From Eledone cirrhosa (lineage: Eukaryota), in NCBI GenBank assembly GCA_964016885.1, contig OZ024750.1:39618001-39682000 (forward strand): 64,000 nt of DNA, written 5' to 3'. The notes beneath the pieces were generated by a model that did not search any database, was not told the DNA's origin, and worked only from the letters and a program-made list of their open reading frames with translations. Within the stretch, counting starts at the first letter, position 1. Every line of letters begins with the position of its first letter. Below, piece by piece: positions 45,571 through 57,100 of the stretch. A program made the translations under genes and the position numbers.

Positions 45571-46580
45571 GGGTTTGGGTTGGGTCATCGAAGGCAACCA
45601 GCTGTAGAAATCTTGTCAAAACAAAGTGTACTAACAGAACCTAGTCACCTGATTTGTCTGATGGGTTTGGGTTGGGTCATCGAAGGCAACCAGCTGTAGA
45701 AATCTTGTCAAAACAAAGTGTACTAACAGAACCTAGTCACCTGATTTGTCTGATGGGTTTGGGTTGGGTCATCGAAGGTAACCAGCTGTAGAAATCTTGT
45801 CAAAACAAAGTGTACTAACAGAACCTAGTCACCTGATTTGTCTGATGGGTTTGGGTTGGGTCATCGAAGGTAACCAGCTGTAGAAATCTTGTCAAAACAA
45901 AGTGTACTAACAGAACCTAGTCACCTGATTTGTCTGATGGGTTTGGGTTGGGTCATCGAAGGTAACCAGCTGTAGAAATCTTGTCAAAACAAAGTGTACT
46001 AACAGAACCTAGTCACCTGATTTGTCTGATGGGTTTGGGTTGGGTCATCGAAGGTAACCAGCTGTAGAAATCTTGTCAAAACAAAGTGTACCAACAGAAC
46101 CTAGTCACCTGATTTGTTTGATGGGTTTGGGTTGGGTCATCGAAGGTAACCAGCTGTAGAAATCTTGTCAAAACAAAGTGTACCAACAGAACCTAGTCAC
46201 CTGATTTGTCTGATGGGTTTGGGTTGGGTCATCGAAGGTAACCAGCTGTAGAAATCTTGTCAAAACAAAGTGTACCAACAGAACCTAGTCACCTGATTTG
46301 TTTGATGGGTTTGGGTTGGGTCATCGAAGGTAACCAGCTGTAGAAATCTTGTCAAAACAAAGTGTACCAACAGAACCTAGTCACCTGATTTGTTTGATGG
46401 GTTTGGGTTGGGTCATCGAAGGTAACCAGCTGTAGAAATCTTGTCAAAACAAAGTGTACTAACAGAACCTAGTCACCTGATTTGTCTGATGGGTTTGGGT
46501 TGGGTCATCGAAGGTAACCAGCTGTAGAAATCTTGTCAAAACAAAGTGTACTAACACAACCTAATCACCTGATTTGTCTG
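45571..46580. repeat. 92-bp tandem repeat, 11 copies
   Basis: Units start at 45571, 45663, 45755 ... 46491; contains GAAGGYAACCAGCTGTAGAAA. Confidence 0.95.
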
Positions 46581-46599
46581 GCCTTAATACATGAAAGCC

Positions 46600-46722
46600 A
46601 CCTAACCCATGCAAGCATGGAGATGAAGGAATGCTGCGTGTGGATGGAGGCTGTGCTGAAAAGGACCTGTCCAACTCATGCCAGCATGGAACAGTAGATG
46701 TAAAATGATGATGATGATTATG
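46600..46722 (+). mobile_element. RTE-type SINE 3' tail following the 92-bp array
   Basis: CCCATGCAAGCATGG...CATGCCAGCATGGAACAGTAGATGTAAA(ATG)n. Confidence 0.6.
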
Positions 46723-46789
46723 ATAACATTAAGTTGAGAAAAAAAAGAGAAATTGACAAAGGAAGAAATGTACATGTTTATTTTATTTG

Positions 46790-47390
46790 TCATCATCATC
46801 ATCATCATCAGTATTTACCATCTGCTTTCCCTGCTAGCAAGAGTTGGACAGGTCAACGTAGACTAAGTCAGTACTGAAGTGGGGCAACAGGCAGGCCAGG
46901 GTCTGCATCCAGTTTATGTAGGGTCTCACATTTTACCAAGTGCACAAGACAAGTTGTCATGTCTTTGACATAACTGAAGGATCCTCCCAACCCTTTATTT
47001 GGCAAGCTTTCTACCACTAGATGCCCTTCCTATCATCAAATACTTTACAGAGTGTACTAGGTGCATTTATCATGTAGATCACCAACGCTAGAGAGGTTGT
47101 CTTCCTGTGACACAACTGAAGGGTCCTCTCAACCCTTTATTTGGCAAGCTTTCTACCACTAGATGCCCTTCCTATCATCAAATACTTTACAGAGTGTACT
47201 AGGTGCGTTTATCATGTAGATCACCAACACTAGAGAGGTTGTCTTCCTGTGACACAACTGAAGGGTCTTCTCAACCCTTTTTAGGCATGTTTTCTATAGC
47301 AGGGTGCCCTTGCTGTCACTAACCTTACAAGGTGTACTGCAGGCATTTTTGTGGCACCAACACTAGAGAGATCGTTGGTCCTTGCCCCAA
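46790..47390 (-). mobile_element. RTE-tailed SINE containing ~3 tandem 142-bp units (46960-47390)
   Basis: (CAT)n tail at 46790; AACTGAAGG recurs at 46972, 47114 and 47256; TTTCTACCACTAGATGCCCTTCC core. Confidence 0.65.
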
Positions 47391-47681
47391 CAGAAGAGCC
47401 ATTTCTGCTGTGGGAGTGGGGGTTATAGGAGAACGGAGATAAGTTAGGGCAAGTGTGGTATGGTTTGATGGGGGCGATGAGTGGGTATGTGAAGGGGGGG
47501 GGGGCTTTGATAGCATTGGGGAAGAGGGGATGTGGTGGTGACCTGAGATAGTGGTCGGGGGGGGGGGGGTTGCACCCATCAGTGTTGGGAAGGGGAGGTG
47601 TAGTGGTGTCAATGAAGAAATAAGAGAAAACCTAAACTTCATATAAACACTAAAAGTATTTAGTGTTGTCTCAACTGACAA

Positions 47682-47838
47682 TGTGTGTGGTGTGTATTGT
47701 GTGTGTGGTGTGTGTATGTGTGTGTGGTGTGGTGTATATGTGTGTGGTGTGGTGTGGTGTGTGTGTGTGGTGTAAGTGTGTGTGTGTGTGTAGTGTGTAT
47801 GTGGTGTATATGTGTGGTGTAAATGTGTATGTGTGTGC
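47682..47838. repeat. (GT)-rich microsatellite
   Basis: Direct reading. Confidence 0.85.
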
Positions 47839-48085
47839 TCACTAGTGTTTATTTGCCTCTCTGTCTCTCTCACTATTAATCTGCCACTTTGCTCAGTATG
47901 TATACTTCTCCCTCAACCCATATGTTAATTCTCTTGCTGACTCTCTCTCTCTCTCTCTCTCTGTGTATATGTATACATATATATATATATATATATATAT
48001 AAAGTAAGATAACGGAGTAAAGGACTCGCGTATAATCCTGTAATTAAATGAGCTCAAAGGGAAGAGTTTTGCTGGGCACTTTAAA

Positions 48086-48470
48086 ATACTATATAGAGAG
48101 GGGAAAGACACAGGAGAGAGTGTTTTCCTTTACAGGAATTTCGAACCACCGGCATGAAGAGAATATAATCTAATAGAGGCGTCTAACTCATGCTAGCGTG
48201 GAAGATGGACGTTAAACGAAGATGATGAGATGATGATGAGAGTCATAGGTAAAACATTAAAATTAAAAGTATAAATTAAAATGATAAACCAATCTCATAC
48301 CTATACCTAAATCACACATGTACAAACTTACCAGGAGATTGTTTCGCCATTTAATGGGTTCCAATTCGGCCCAGTGGGTCATCAGCATGTGGAGCGACCG
48401 AGATATTGTCCGCACTACTAGAGTAAAGGAAAACACACTCTCCTGTGTTTTTCCCCTCTATATATTGTAT
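48086..48470. mobile_element. Inverted-repeat element (~48-bp arms, 48086-48133 and 48423-48470) enclosing a hammerhead and an RTE-type tail (48180-48240)
   Basis: GGGGAAAGACACAGGAGAGAGTGTTTTCCTTTAC versus GTAAAGGAAAACACACTCTCCTGTGTTTTTCCCC; flanked by (TA)n. Confidence 0.6.
48315..48391 (-). ncRNA. Type I hammerhead-like ribozyme
   Basis: Minus strand CACATG-CTGATGA-cCCA..TGGG/CCCA..TGGc-GAAA-CAA..TTG-TA-CATGTG; 6-bp stem I, GUA site. Confidence 0.7.
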
Positions 48471-48577
48471 ATATATATATATATAACGAAGGAGGTGGGG
48501 TAAAGAACCAGATGGACCATAACGCACCAGAGTACTCAATACTTAGGGTAGTAGAGTGGGTAATAGGAACAAGTATG

Positions 48578-48672
48578 ACCCCGACGGCAGAGTTCAAGCT
48601 GTTTCGACGGCTATTTCTGGACTAAATAAGAATTTTTATCCTGGTAAATAAATAGCCGAACTTCTCAGGGGG
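48578..48672 (-). ncRNA. Degenerate hammerhead-like motif (left arm)
   Basis: Minus strand CCCC-CTGAGAAG..CGGCTATTT/AAATAGCCG-TC-GAAA-CAGC..GCCG-TC-GGGGT; core deviates from CUGANGA. Confidence 0.45.
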
Positions 48673-48740
48673 ATAGTAATTGTCGAGAGGATTGGTCAAA
48701 CAATCCTCTCGACAATTACTATCTTCCCATATAAGGTAAT

Positions 48741-48836
48741 ACCCCCTGAGCAGTTCGGCTGTTTATTTACCAGGATAAAAATTCTTATTTAGTCCAGAAA
48801 TAGCCGTCGAAACGGCTTGAGCTCTGCCGTCGGGGT
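48741..48836 (+). ncRNA. Degenerate hammerhead-like motif (right arm)
   Basis: ACCCC-CTGAGCAG..CGGCT/AGCCG-TC-GAAA-CGGC..GCCG-TC-GGGGT; all three stems and a GUC site, but a non-canonical core. Confidence 0.5.
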
Positions 48837-48846
48837 CATACTTGTT

Positions 48847-48893
<47 letters not shown>

Positions 48894-49311
48894 TCAAACA
48901 TCACACATGACTAACACATTGGCTATTATATATTAAACATGTTGCATGTGATAATTAAATAGAGATGTTTAAAAGACTTTATTTTCTCTTTTGTGCCATA
49001 AAACAATCCTACTGTTCTTTTAGTAAACTATTATCTTTCAAAAGGATATTGATTTATCACAGACTGCAGCAGCTGTAGTTTCTGTTGTTGTGGTGGTGGT
49101 GGTGGTGGTGGTGGTCATTTTAGATAGTGGAATCTACTTATTAGGCATATAATAATTGGTTGTAGACAGCTCAATGACTATCAGAATTGATATAATTAAA
49201 TGTATGTTGTCATTACTTTTTGATCTACTGGATTAATGATGATGGTGGTGGTGGTGGTGGTGGCGGTGGTGGCGTCGGCGTCGGTGGTTGGAAATGCGAA
49301 GTATTGATAAG

Positions 49312-49386
49312 GCTGTGATACATATTTCAATGACAACAGTGGCCACGCGATTCCACATACCCAGTGCCACGATCTCATCAGACAGC
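49312..49386 (-). ncRNA. Type I hammerhead-like ribozyme
   Basis: Minus strand GCTGT-CTGATGA-GAT..GTGGC/GCCAC..ATT-GAAA-TATGTA-TC-ACAGC; AUC site, minimal stem III. Confidence 0.62.
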
Positions 49387-49937
49387 TTCTTACATAATAA
49401 GGTTACATTCTCGAGGCAATCCAAATTAAAGCGACAAGGGAATGGACAAAGATGATGTACTTGAAGCCCTTCGCCCATTCCCTTCTGTATATATATATGT
49501 ATATGTGTATATATATATATTGAAAAGAAAGTATTATAGTTTATATAAAGCATTGTGAAATATGTGGTTAAGATTGTAAGTCAGTACAATGCCAGTTAGA
49601 AATAAGAGTGAAAAGAAGAATGAAGTAAAAGAAACACAAGTTTACACTTTTACTTTATATTTCATGATATTTTGGGGTTATGACACCTTTTTCATGAGAA
49701 AAGAAATGAAGTGTGATTGTGAGGGCAAGATGAGCTCTGCTACACAGATATCGAGATGGAAGAAGTAATGATATGTGTAGACTGGTAGAGTTATAATAAC
49801 TAATCAACTTCATGTAACTCATATCTACTGTTAACGAGAAGTCTTAATTAATTGATGAAGCATATTTACCGAATATAAGATTTAGCTGCTCTTTCAGATA
49901 AATCTTTCTGGTATCATTAATGAGATATATAAGGACA

Positions 49938-50005
49938 CTGGATTGGCAGTATCGGTAGAACGTCTGACGTTTTGTGATATATAGTAATGCCCCTTTACAG
50001 TGAGT
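49938..50005 (+). mobile_element. Diverged 5' fragment of the tRNA-derived SINE
   Basis: GGATTGGCAGTATCGGTAGAACGTCTGACG versus GGATTGGCAGAATCGGTAGAGGGTCGGACG at 743. Confidence 0.5.
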
Positions 50006-50797
50006 GCTATTTCTTTGCTATGTGTGTTCTCCAGGATATGTGATTCTAATGACAGGCATAGTCTAAGCTTTTTGCTGATATTAAATGGCACAGTATTGCT
50101 TTCACTGAAGTTTCTATGAACAAAACAATCAGTTATGTGATACAGTCTCCTATCTCTGATAGATTTCACTTTACATAAACCCAAGAAGGTAGAGTGCCCC
50201 ATGACAGTGAGTTAAGGTTGGGGTTGCTTACAATTGTTTCACCACATTCAAAATGCTGGAAAGAAGGAAGGTTTAGAACAGATGTAGCAAGCTGTGAGTT
50301 TGCTCTCTTGAAATCTGGACACCCTGTCACATAGTTTTCAAGCTAAGTATTCTGTTTACTTTGTGTTTTATGACAACTTCGTACCAGTTAATGAACAGCA
50401 GGAAACAGTTTTAACACATCATGAATATATTGGAATATTTTCTTTTTTAATTCTTTGCATCCATTTGCTATATTAACATAAATTAGTGTGTTTTACAGCT
50501 TAATGTATGTAACAGATGCTAGTCCATTGTATATCTTCTTTGAGTAGGACTGTTGGGATACTTGCAGACTTATAAACTCAAAGAAATTATTGAACAAATA
50601 ATATTTACTGACATTTATAAGCTTACAGAAGATATTTGATAGGGGTCTATTCCTTGAACTTTGATACTCTGAGAAGGCTAAATCATTTTCTTTTCTTTTT
50701 TTTCTCAGATAGGTTCAATATCTACATTGAGTATAGTAAGGAATTTTACATTCTATCATAATTCCATTGAGATCTAGGATGATCTATTATTGATCTC

Positions 50798-50930
50798 AGT
50801 ACTTGACTGGTTGTATATTTTATAGATCCTGGGAGGATGAATAGCAAAGTTGACCTCAGTGGAATTTCAACTCAAAATGTAAAAAGGCCCTAAACGTTGT
50901 AGGTATTGTATCTGACTGTCTAAAGATTTT
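50798..50930 (-). mobile_element. Diverged tRNA-derived SINE copy
   Basis: AAGTTGACCTCAGTGGAATTTCAACTCAAAATGTAAA resembles the reverse complement of the B-box region of the 734-906 SINE. Confidence 0.55.
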
Positions 50931-51178
50931 GACGTCTCTATAAGGGAGTTAGGGAGTTTATCATCCACCAGGATTCGGCCGTTTGGAGGAAGGACATAGT
51001 AAAATAATGAGTATAAGGCCTGGGGGATGAGAACCAATTGGAGTATTATACATTTCAGTGGGACAAAAGGGGGCAAAAAGGGCTCGGGTAATTAGAGAAA
51101 CAATAGAAGAAATAGAGAGACAATGTTGTTCAATAGTTAGTCAGGAGTTGCAGAGTTTGGGTGAATAATAATTGACAA

Positions 51179-54100
51179 TCTATTGTATATGTCTATATTG
51201 TGGGGTATACTGTGTGGTCTATTGTATATTGTGGGGTATATTGTATATGTCTATATTGTGGGGTATATTGTATATGTCTATATTGTGGGGTATATTGTAT
51301 ATGTCTATATTGTGGGGTATATTGTGTGGTCTATTGTATATGTCTATAGTGTGGGGTATACTGTGTGGTCTATTGTATATGTCTATAGTGTGGGGTATAT
51401 TGTATATGTCTATATTGTGGGGTATACTGTGTGGTCTATTGTATATTGTGGGGTATATTGTATATGTCTATATTGTGGGGTATATTGTATATGTCTATAT
51501 TGTGTGGTCTATTGTATATGTCTATAGTGTGGGGTATACTGTGTGGTCTATTGTATATGTCTATAGTGTGGGGTATACTGTGTGGTCTATTGTATATGTC
51601 TATAGTGTGGGGTATACTGAGTGGTCTATTGTATATGTCTATAGTGTGGGGTATACTGTGTGGTCTATTGTATATGTCTATAGTGTGGGGTATACTGTGT
51701 GGTCTATTGTATATGTCTATAGTGTGGGGTATACTGTGGGGTCTATTGTATATGTCTATAGTGTGGGGTATACTGTGTGGTCTATTGTATAGTGTGGGGT
51801 ATACTGTGGGGTCTATTGTATATGTCTATAGTGTGGGGTATACTGTGTGGTCTATTGTATATTGTGGGGTATACTGTGTGGTCTATTGTATATGTCTATA
51901 GTGTGGGGTATACTGTGTGGTCTATTGTATATGTCTATAGTGTGGGGTATACTGTGTGGTCTATTGTATATGTCTATAGTGTGGGGTATACTGTGTGGTC
52001 TATTGTATAGTGTGGGGTATACTGTGTGGTCTATTGTATAGTGTGGGGTATACTGTGGGGTCTACTGTATATGTCTATAGTGTGGGGTATACTGTGTGGT
52101 CTATTGTATATGTCTATATTGTGGGGTATACTGTGTGGTCTATTGTATAGTGTGGGGTATACTGTGTGGTCTATTGTATATGTCTATAGTGTGGGGTATA
52201 CTGTGTGGTCTATTGTATATTGTGGGGTATACTCTGTGGTCTATTGTATATGTCTATATTGTGGGGTATACTGTGTGGTCTATTGTATATTGTGGGGTAT
52301 ACTCTGGTCTATTGTATATGTCTATATTGTGGGGTATACTGTGTGGTCTATTGTATATTGTGGGGTATACTGTGTGGTCTATTGTATAGTGTGGGGTATA
52401 CTGTGTGGTCTATTGTATATGTCTATAGTGTGGGGTATACTGTGTGGTCTATTGTATATGTCTATAGTGTGGGGTATATTGTGTGGTCTGTTGTATATGT
52501 CTCTAGTGTGGGGTATACTGAGTGGTCTATTGTATATGTCTATATTGTGGGGTATATTGTGTGGTCTATTGTACATGTCTATATTGTGGGGTATACTGAG
52601 TGGTCTATTGTATATTGTGGGGTATACTGAGTGGTCTATTGTATGTCTATAGTGTGGGGTATACTGTGTGGTCTATTGTATATGTCTATAGTGTGGGGTA
52701 TACTGTGTGGTCTATTGTATATGTCTATAGTGTGGGGTATAGTGTGTGGTCTATTGTACATGTCTATAGTGTGGGGTATACTGTGTGGTCTATTGTATAT
52801 GTCTATAGTGTGGGGTATACTGAGTGGTCTATTGTATATGTCTATAGTGTGGGGTATATTGTATATGTCTACAGTGTGGGGTATATTGTGTGGTCTATTG
52901 TATATGTCTATATTGTGGGGTATACTGTGTGGTCTATTGTATATTGTGGGGTATATTGTATATGTCTATAGTGTGGGGTATACTGTGTGGTCTATTGTAT
53001 ATGTCTATAGTGTGGGGTATATTGTGTGGTCTATTGTATATGTCTATAGTGGGGTATACTGTGTGGTCTATTGTATATGTCTATAGTGTGGGGTATATTG
53101 TATATGTCTATAGTGTGGGGTATATTGTGTGGTCTATTGTATATGTCTATAGTGTGGGGTATACTGTGTGGTCTATTGTATATGTCTAGTGTGTGGGGTA
53201 TACTCTGTGGTCTATTGTACATGTCTATAGTGTGGGGTATATTGTATATGTCTATAGTGTGGGGTATACTGTGTGGTCTATTGTATATGTCTATAGTGTG
53301 GGGTATACTGTGTGGTCTATTGTATATGTCTATAGTGTGGGGTATACTGTGTGGTCTATTGTATATGTCTATAGTGTGGGGTATACTGTGTGGTCTATTG
53401 TATATGTCTATAGTGTGGGGTATACTGTGTGGTCTATTGTATATGTCTATAGTGTGCGGTATACTGTGTGGTCTATTGTATATGTCTAGTGTGGGGTATA
53501 CTCTGTGGTCTATTGTATATGTCTATAGTGTGGGGTATATTGTGTGGTCTATTGTATATGTCTATAGTGTGGGGTATACTCTGTGGTCTATTGTATATGT
53601 CTAGTGTGGGGTATACTCTGTGGTCTATTGTATATGTCTATAGTGTGGGGTATACTGTGTGGTCTATTGTACATGTCTATAGTGTGGGGTATACTGTGTG
53701 GTCTATTGTATATGTCTAGTGTGGGGTATACTCTGTGGTCTATTGTATATGTCTATAGTGTGGGGTATACTGTGTGGTCTATTGTACATGTCTATAGTGT
53801 GGGGTATACTGTGTGGTCTATTGTACATGTCTATAGTGTGGGGTATACTGTGTGGTCTATTGTACATGTCTATAGTGTGGGGTATACTGTGTGGTCTATT
53901 GTATATGTCTAGTGTGGGGTATACGCTGTGGTCTATTGTATATGTCTATAGTGTGGGGTATATTGTGTGGTCTATTGTATATGTCTATAGTGTGGGGTAT
54001 ACTGTGTGGTCTATTGTATATGTCTATAGTGTGGGGTATACTGTGTGGTCTATTGTATATGTCTATAGTGTGGGGTATACTGTGTGGTCTATTGTACATG

Positions 54101-57100
54101 TCTATAGTGTGGGGTATACTGTGTGGTCTATTGTATATGTCTATAGTGTGGGGTATACTCTGTGGTCTATTGTATATGTCTATAGTGTGGGGTATTGTAT
54201 ATGTCTATAGTGTGGGGTATACTGAGTGGTCTATTGTATATGTCTATAGTGTGGGGTATACTGTGTGGTCTATTGTATATGTCTAGTGTGGGGTATACTC
54301 TGTGGTCTATTGTATATGTCTATAGTGTGGGGTATATTGTGTGGTCTATTGTATATGTCTATAGTGTGGGGTATACTCTGTGGTCTATTGTATATGTCTA
54401 TAGTGTGGGGTATACTCTGTGGTCTATTGTATATGTCTATAGTGTGGGGTATACTCTGTGGTCTATTGTATATGTCTATAGTGTGGGGTATACTGTGTGG
54501 TCTATTGTATATGTCTAGTGTGGGGTATACTCTGTGGTCTATTGTATATGTCTATAGTGTGGGGTATATTGTGTGGTCTATTGTATATGTCTATAGTGTG
54601 GGGTATACTCTGTGGTCTATTGTATATGTCTATAGTGTGGGGTATACTCTGTGGTCTATTGTATATGTCTAGTGTGGGGTATACTGTGTGGTCTATTGTA
54701 TATGTCTAGTGTGGGGTATACTCTGTGGTCTATTGTATATGTCTATAGTGTGGGGTATACTGTGTGGTCTTTTGTATATGTCTATAGTGTGGGGTATATT
54801 GTGTGGTCTATTGTATATGTCTATAGTGTGGGGTATACTCTGTGGTCTATTGTATATGTCTATAGTGTGGGGTATACTCTGTGGTCTATTGTATATGTCT
54901 ATAGTGTGGGGTATATTGTGTGGTCTATTGTATATGTCTAGTGTGGGGTATACTGTGTGGTCTATTGTATATGTCTAGTGTGGGGTATACTCTGTGGTCT
55001 ATTGTACATGTCTATAGTGTGGGGTATACTGTGTGGTCTATTGTATATGTCTAGTGTGGGGTATACTCTGTGGTCTATTGTATATGTCTATAGTGTGGGG
55101 TATACTGTGTGGTCTATTGTATATGTCTATAGTGTGGGGTATATTGTGTGGTCTATTGTATATGTCTAGTGTGGGGTATACTCTGTGGTCTATTGTATAT
55201 GTCTATAGTGTGGGGTATACTCTGTGGTCTATTGTACATGTCTATAGTGTGGGGTATACTGTGTGGTCTATTGTATATGTCTAGTGTGGGGTATACTCTG
55301 TGGTCTATTGTATATGTCTATAGTGTGGGGTATACTGTGTGGTCTATTGTATATGTCTATAGTGTGGGGTATATTGTGTGGTCTATTGTATATGTCTATA
55401 GTGTGGGGTATACTCTGTGGTCTATTGTATATGTCTATAGTGTGGGGTATACTGTGTGGTCTATTGTATATGTCTAGTGTGGGGTATACTCTGTGGTCTA
55501 TTGTATATGTCTATAGTGTGGGGTATACTGTGTGGTCTATTGTACATGTCTATAGTGTGGGGTATACTGTGTGGTCTATTGTATATATCTATAGTGTGGG
55601 GTATACTGTGTGGTCTATTGTATATGTCTAGTGTGGGGTATACTCTGTGGTCTATTGTATATGTCTATAGTGTGGGGTATACTGTGTGGTCTATTGTATA
55701 TGTCTAGTGTGGGGTATACTCTGTGGTCTATTGTATATGTCTATAGTGTGGGGTATACTGTGTGGTCTATTGTATATGTCTATAGTGTGGGGTATATTGT
55801 GTGGTCTATTGTATATGTTTATAGTGTGGGGTATACTCTGTGGTCTATTGTATATGTCTATAGTGTGGGGTATACTGTGTGGTCTATTGTATATGTCTAT
55901 AGTGTGGGGTATATTGTGTGGTCTATTGTATATGTCTAGTGTGGGGTATACTGTGTGGTCTATTGTATATGTCTAGTGTGGGGTATACTCTGTTGTCTAT
56001 TGTATATGTCTATAGTGTGGGGTATACTGTGTGGTCTATTGTATATGTGTATAGTGTGGGGTATATTGTGTGGTCTATTGTACTTGTCTATAGTGTGGGG
56101 TATACTCTGTGGTCTATTGTATATGTCTATAGTGTGGGGTATACTGTGTGGTCTATTGTATATGTCTAGTGTGGGGTATACTCTGTGGTCTATTGTATAT
56201 GTCTATAGTGTGGGGTATACTGTGTGGTCTATTGTATATGTCTATAGTGTGGGGTATATTGTGTGGTCTATTGTATATGTCTATAGTGTGGGGTATACTG
56301 TGTGGTCTATTGTATATGTCTATAGTGTGGGGTATATTGTGTGGTCTATTGTATATGTCTATAGTGTGGGGTATACTCTGTGGTCTATTGTATATGTCTA
56401 TAGTGTGGGGTATACTGTGTGGTCTATTGTATATGTCTATAGTGTGGGGTATATTGTGTGGTCTATTGTATATGTCTAGTGTGGGGTATACTGTGTGGTC
56501 TATTGTATATGTCTAGTGTGGGGTATACTCTGTTGTCTATTGTATATGTCTATAGTGTGGGGTATACTGTGTGGTCTATTGTATATGTCTATAGTGTGGG
56601 GTATATTGTGTGGTCTATTGTACATGTCTATAGTGTGGGGTATACTCTGTGGTCTATTGTATATGTCTATAGTGTGGGGTATACTGTGTGGTCTATTGTA
56701 TATGTCTATAGTGTGGGGTATATTGTATATGTCTATAGTGTGGGGTATATTGTGTGGTCTATTGTATATGTCTAGTGTGGGGTATACTCTGGTCTATTGT
56801 ATATGTCTATAGTGTGGGGTATACTCTGTGGTCTATTGTACATGTCTATAGTGTGGGGTATACTGTGTGGTCTATTGTAGATGTCTATAGTGTGGGGTAT
56901 ACTGTGTGGTCTATTGTATATGTCTATAGTGTGGGGTATACTGTGTGGTCTATTGTATATGTCTATAGTGTGGGGTATATTGTGTGGTCTATTGTATATG
57001 TCTATAGTGTGGGGTATACTCTGGTCTATTGTATATGTCTATAGTGTGGGGTATACTCTGTGGTCTATTGTATATGTCTATAGTGTGGGGTATACTGTGT

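Larger units (their letters stand above)
48563..48851. mobile_element. Fold-back element: ~110-bp outer arms plus an inner 23-bp-arm hairpin (48672-48723), abutting (TA)n
   Basis: Arms are reverse complements with a few substitutions. Confidence 0.75.

Noticed and set aside
45571-46580. 92-bp and 49-bp arrays as possible CRISPR arrays
   Set aside because: No unique spacers, no cas genes, and a eukaryotic context.
49196-49553. Minus-strand ORFs as a possible host exon
   Set aside because: They begin and end in microsatellites and have no recognisable domain; the region is better explained by the hammerhead-bearing repeat.
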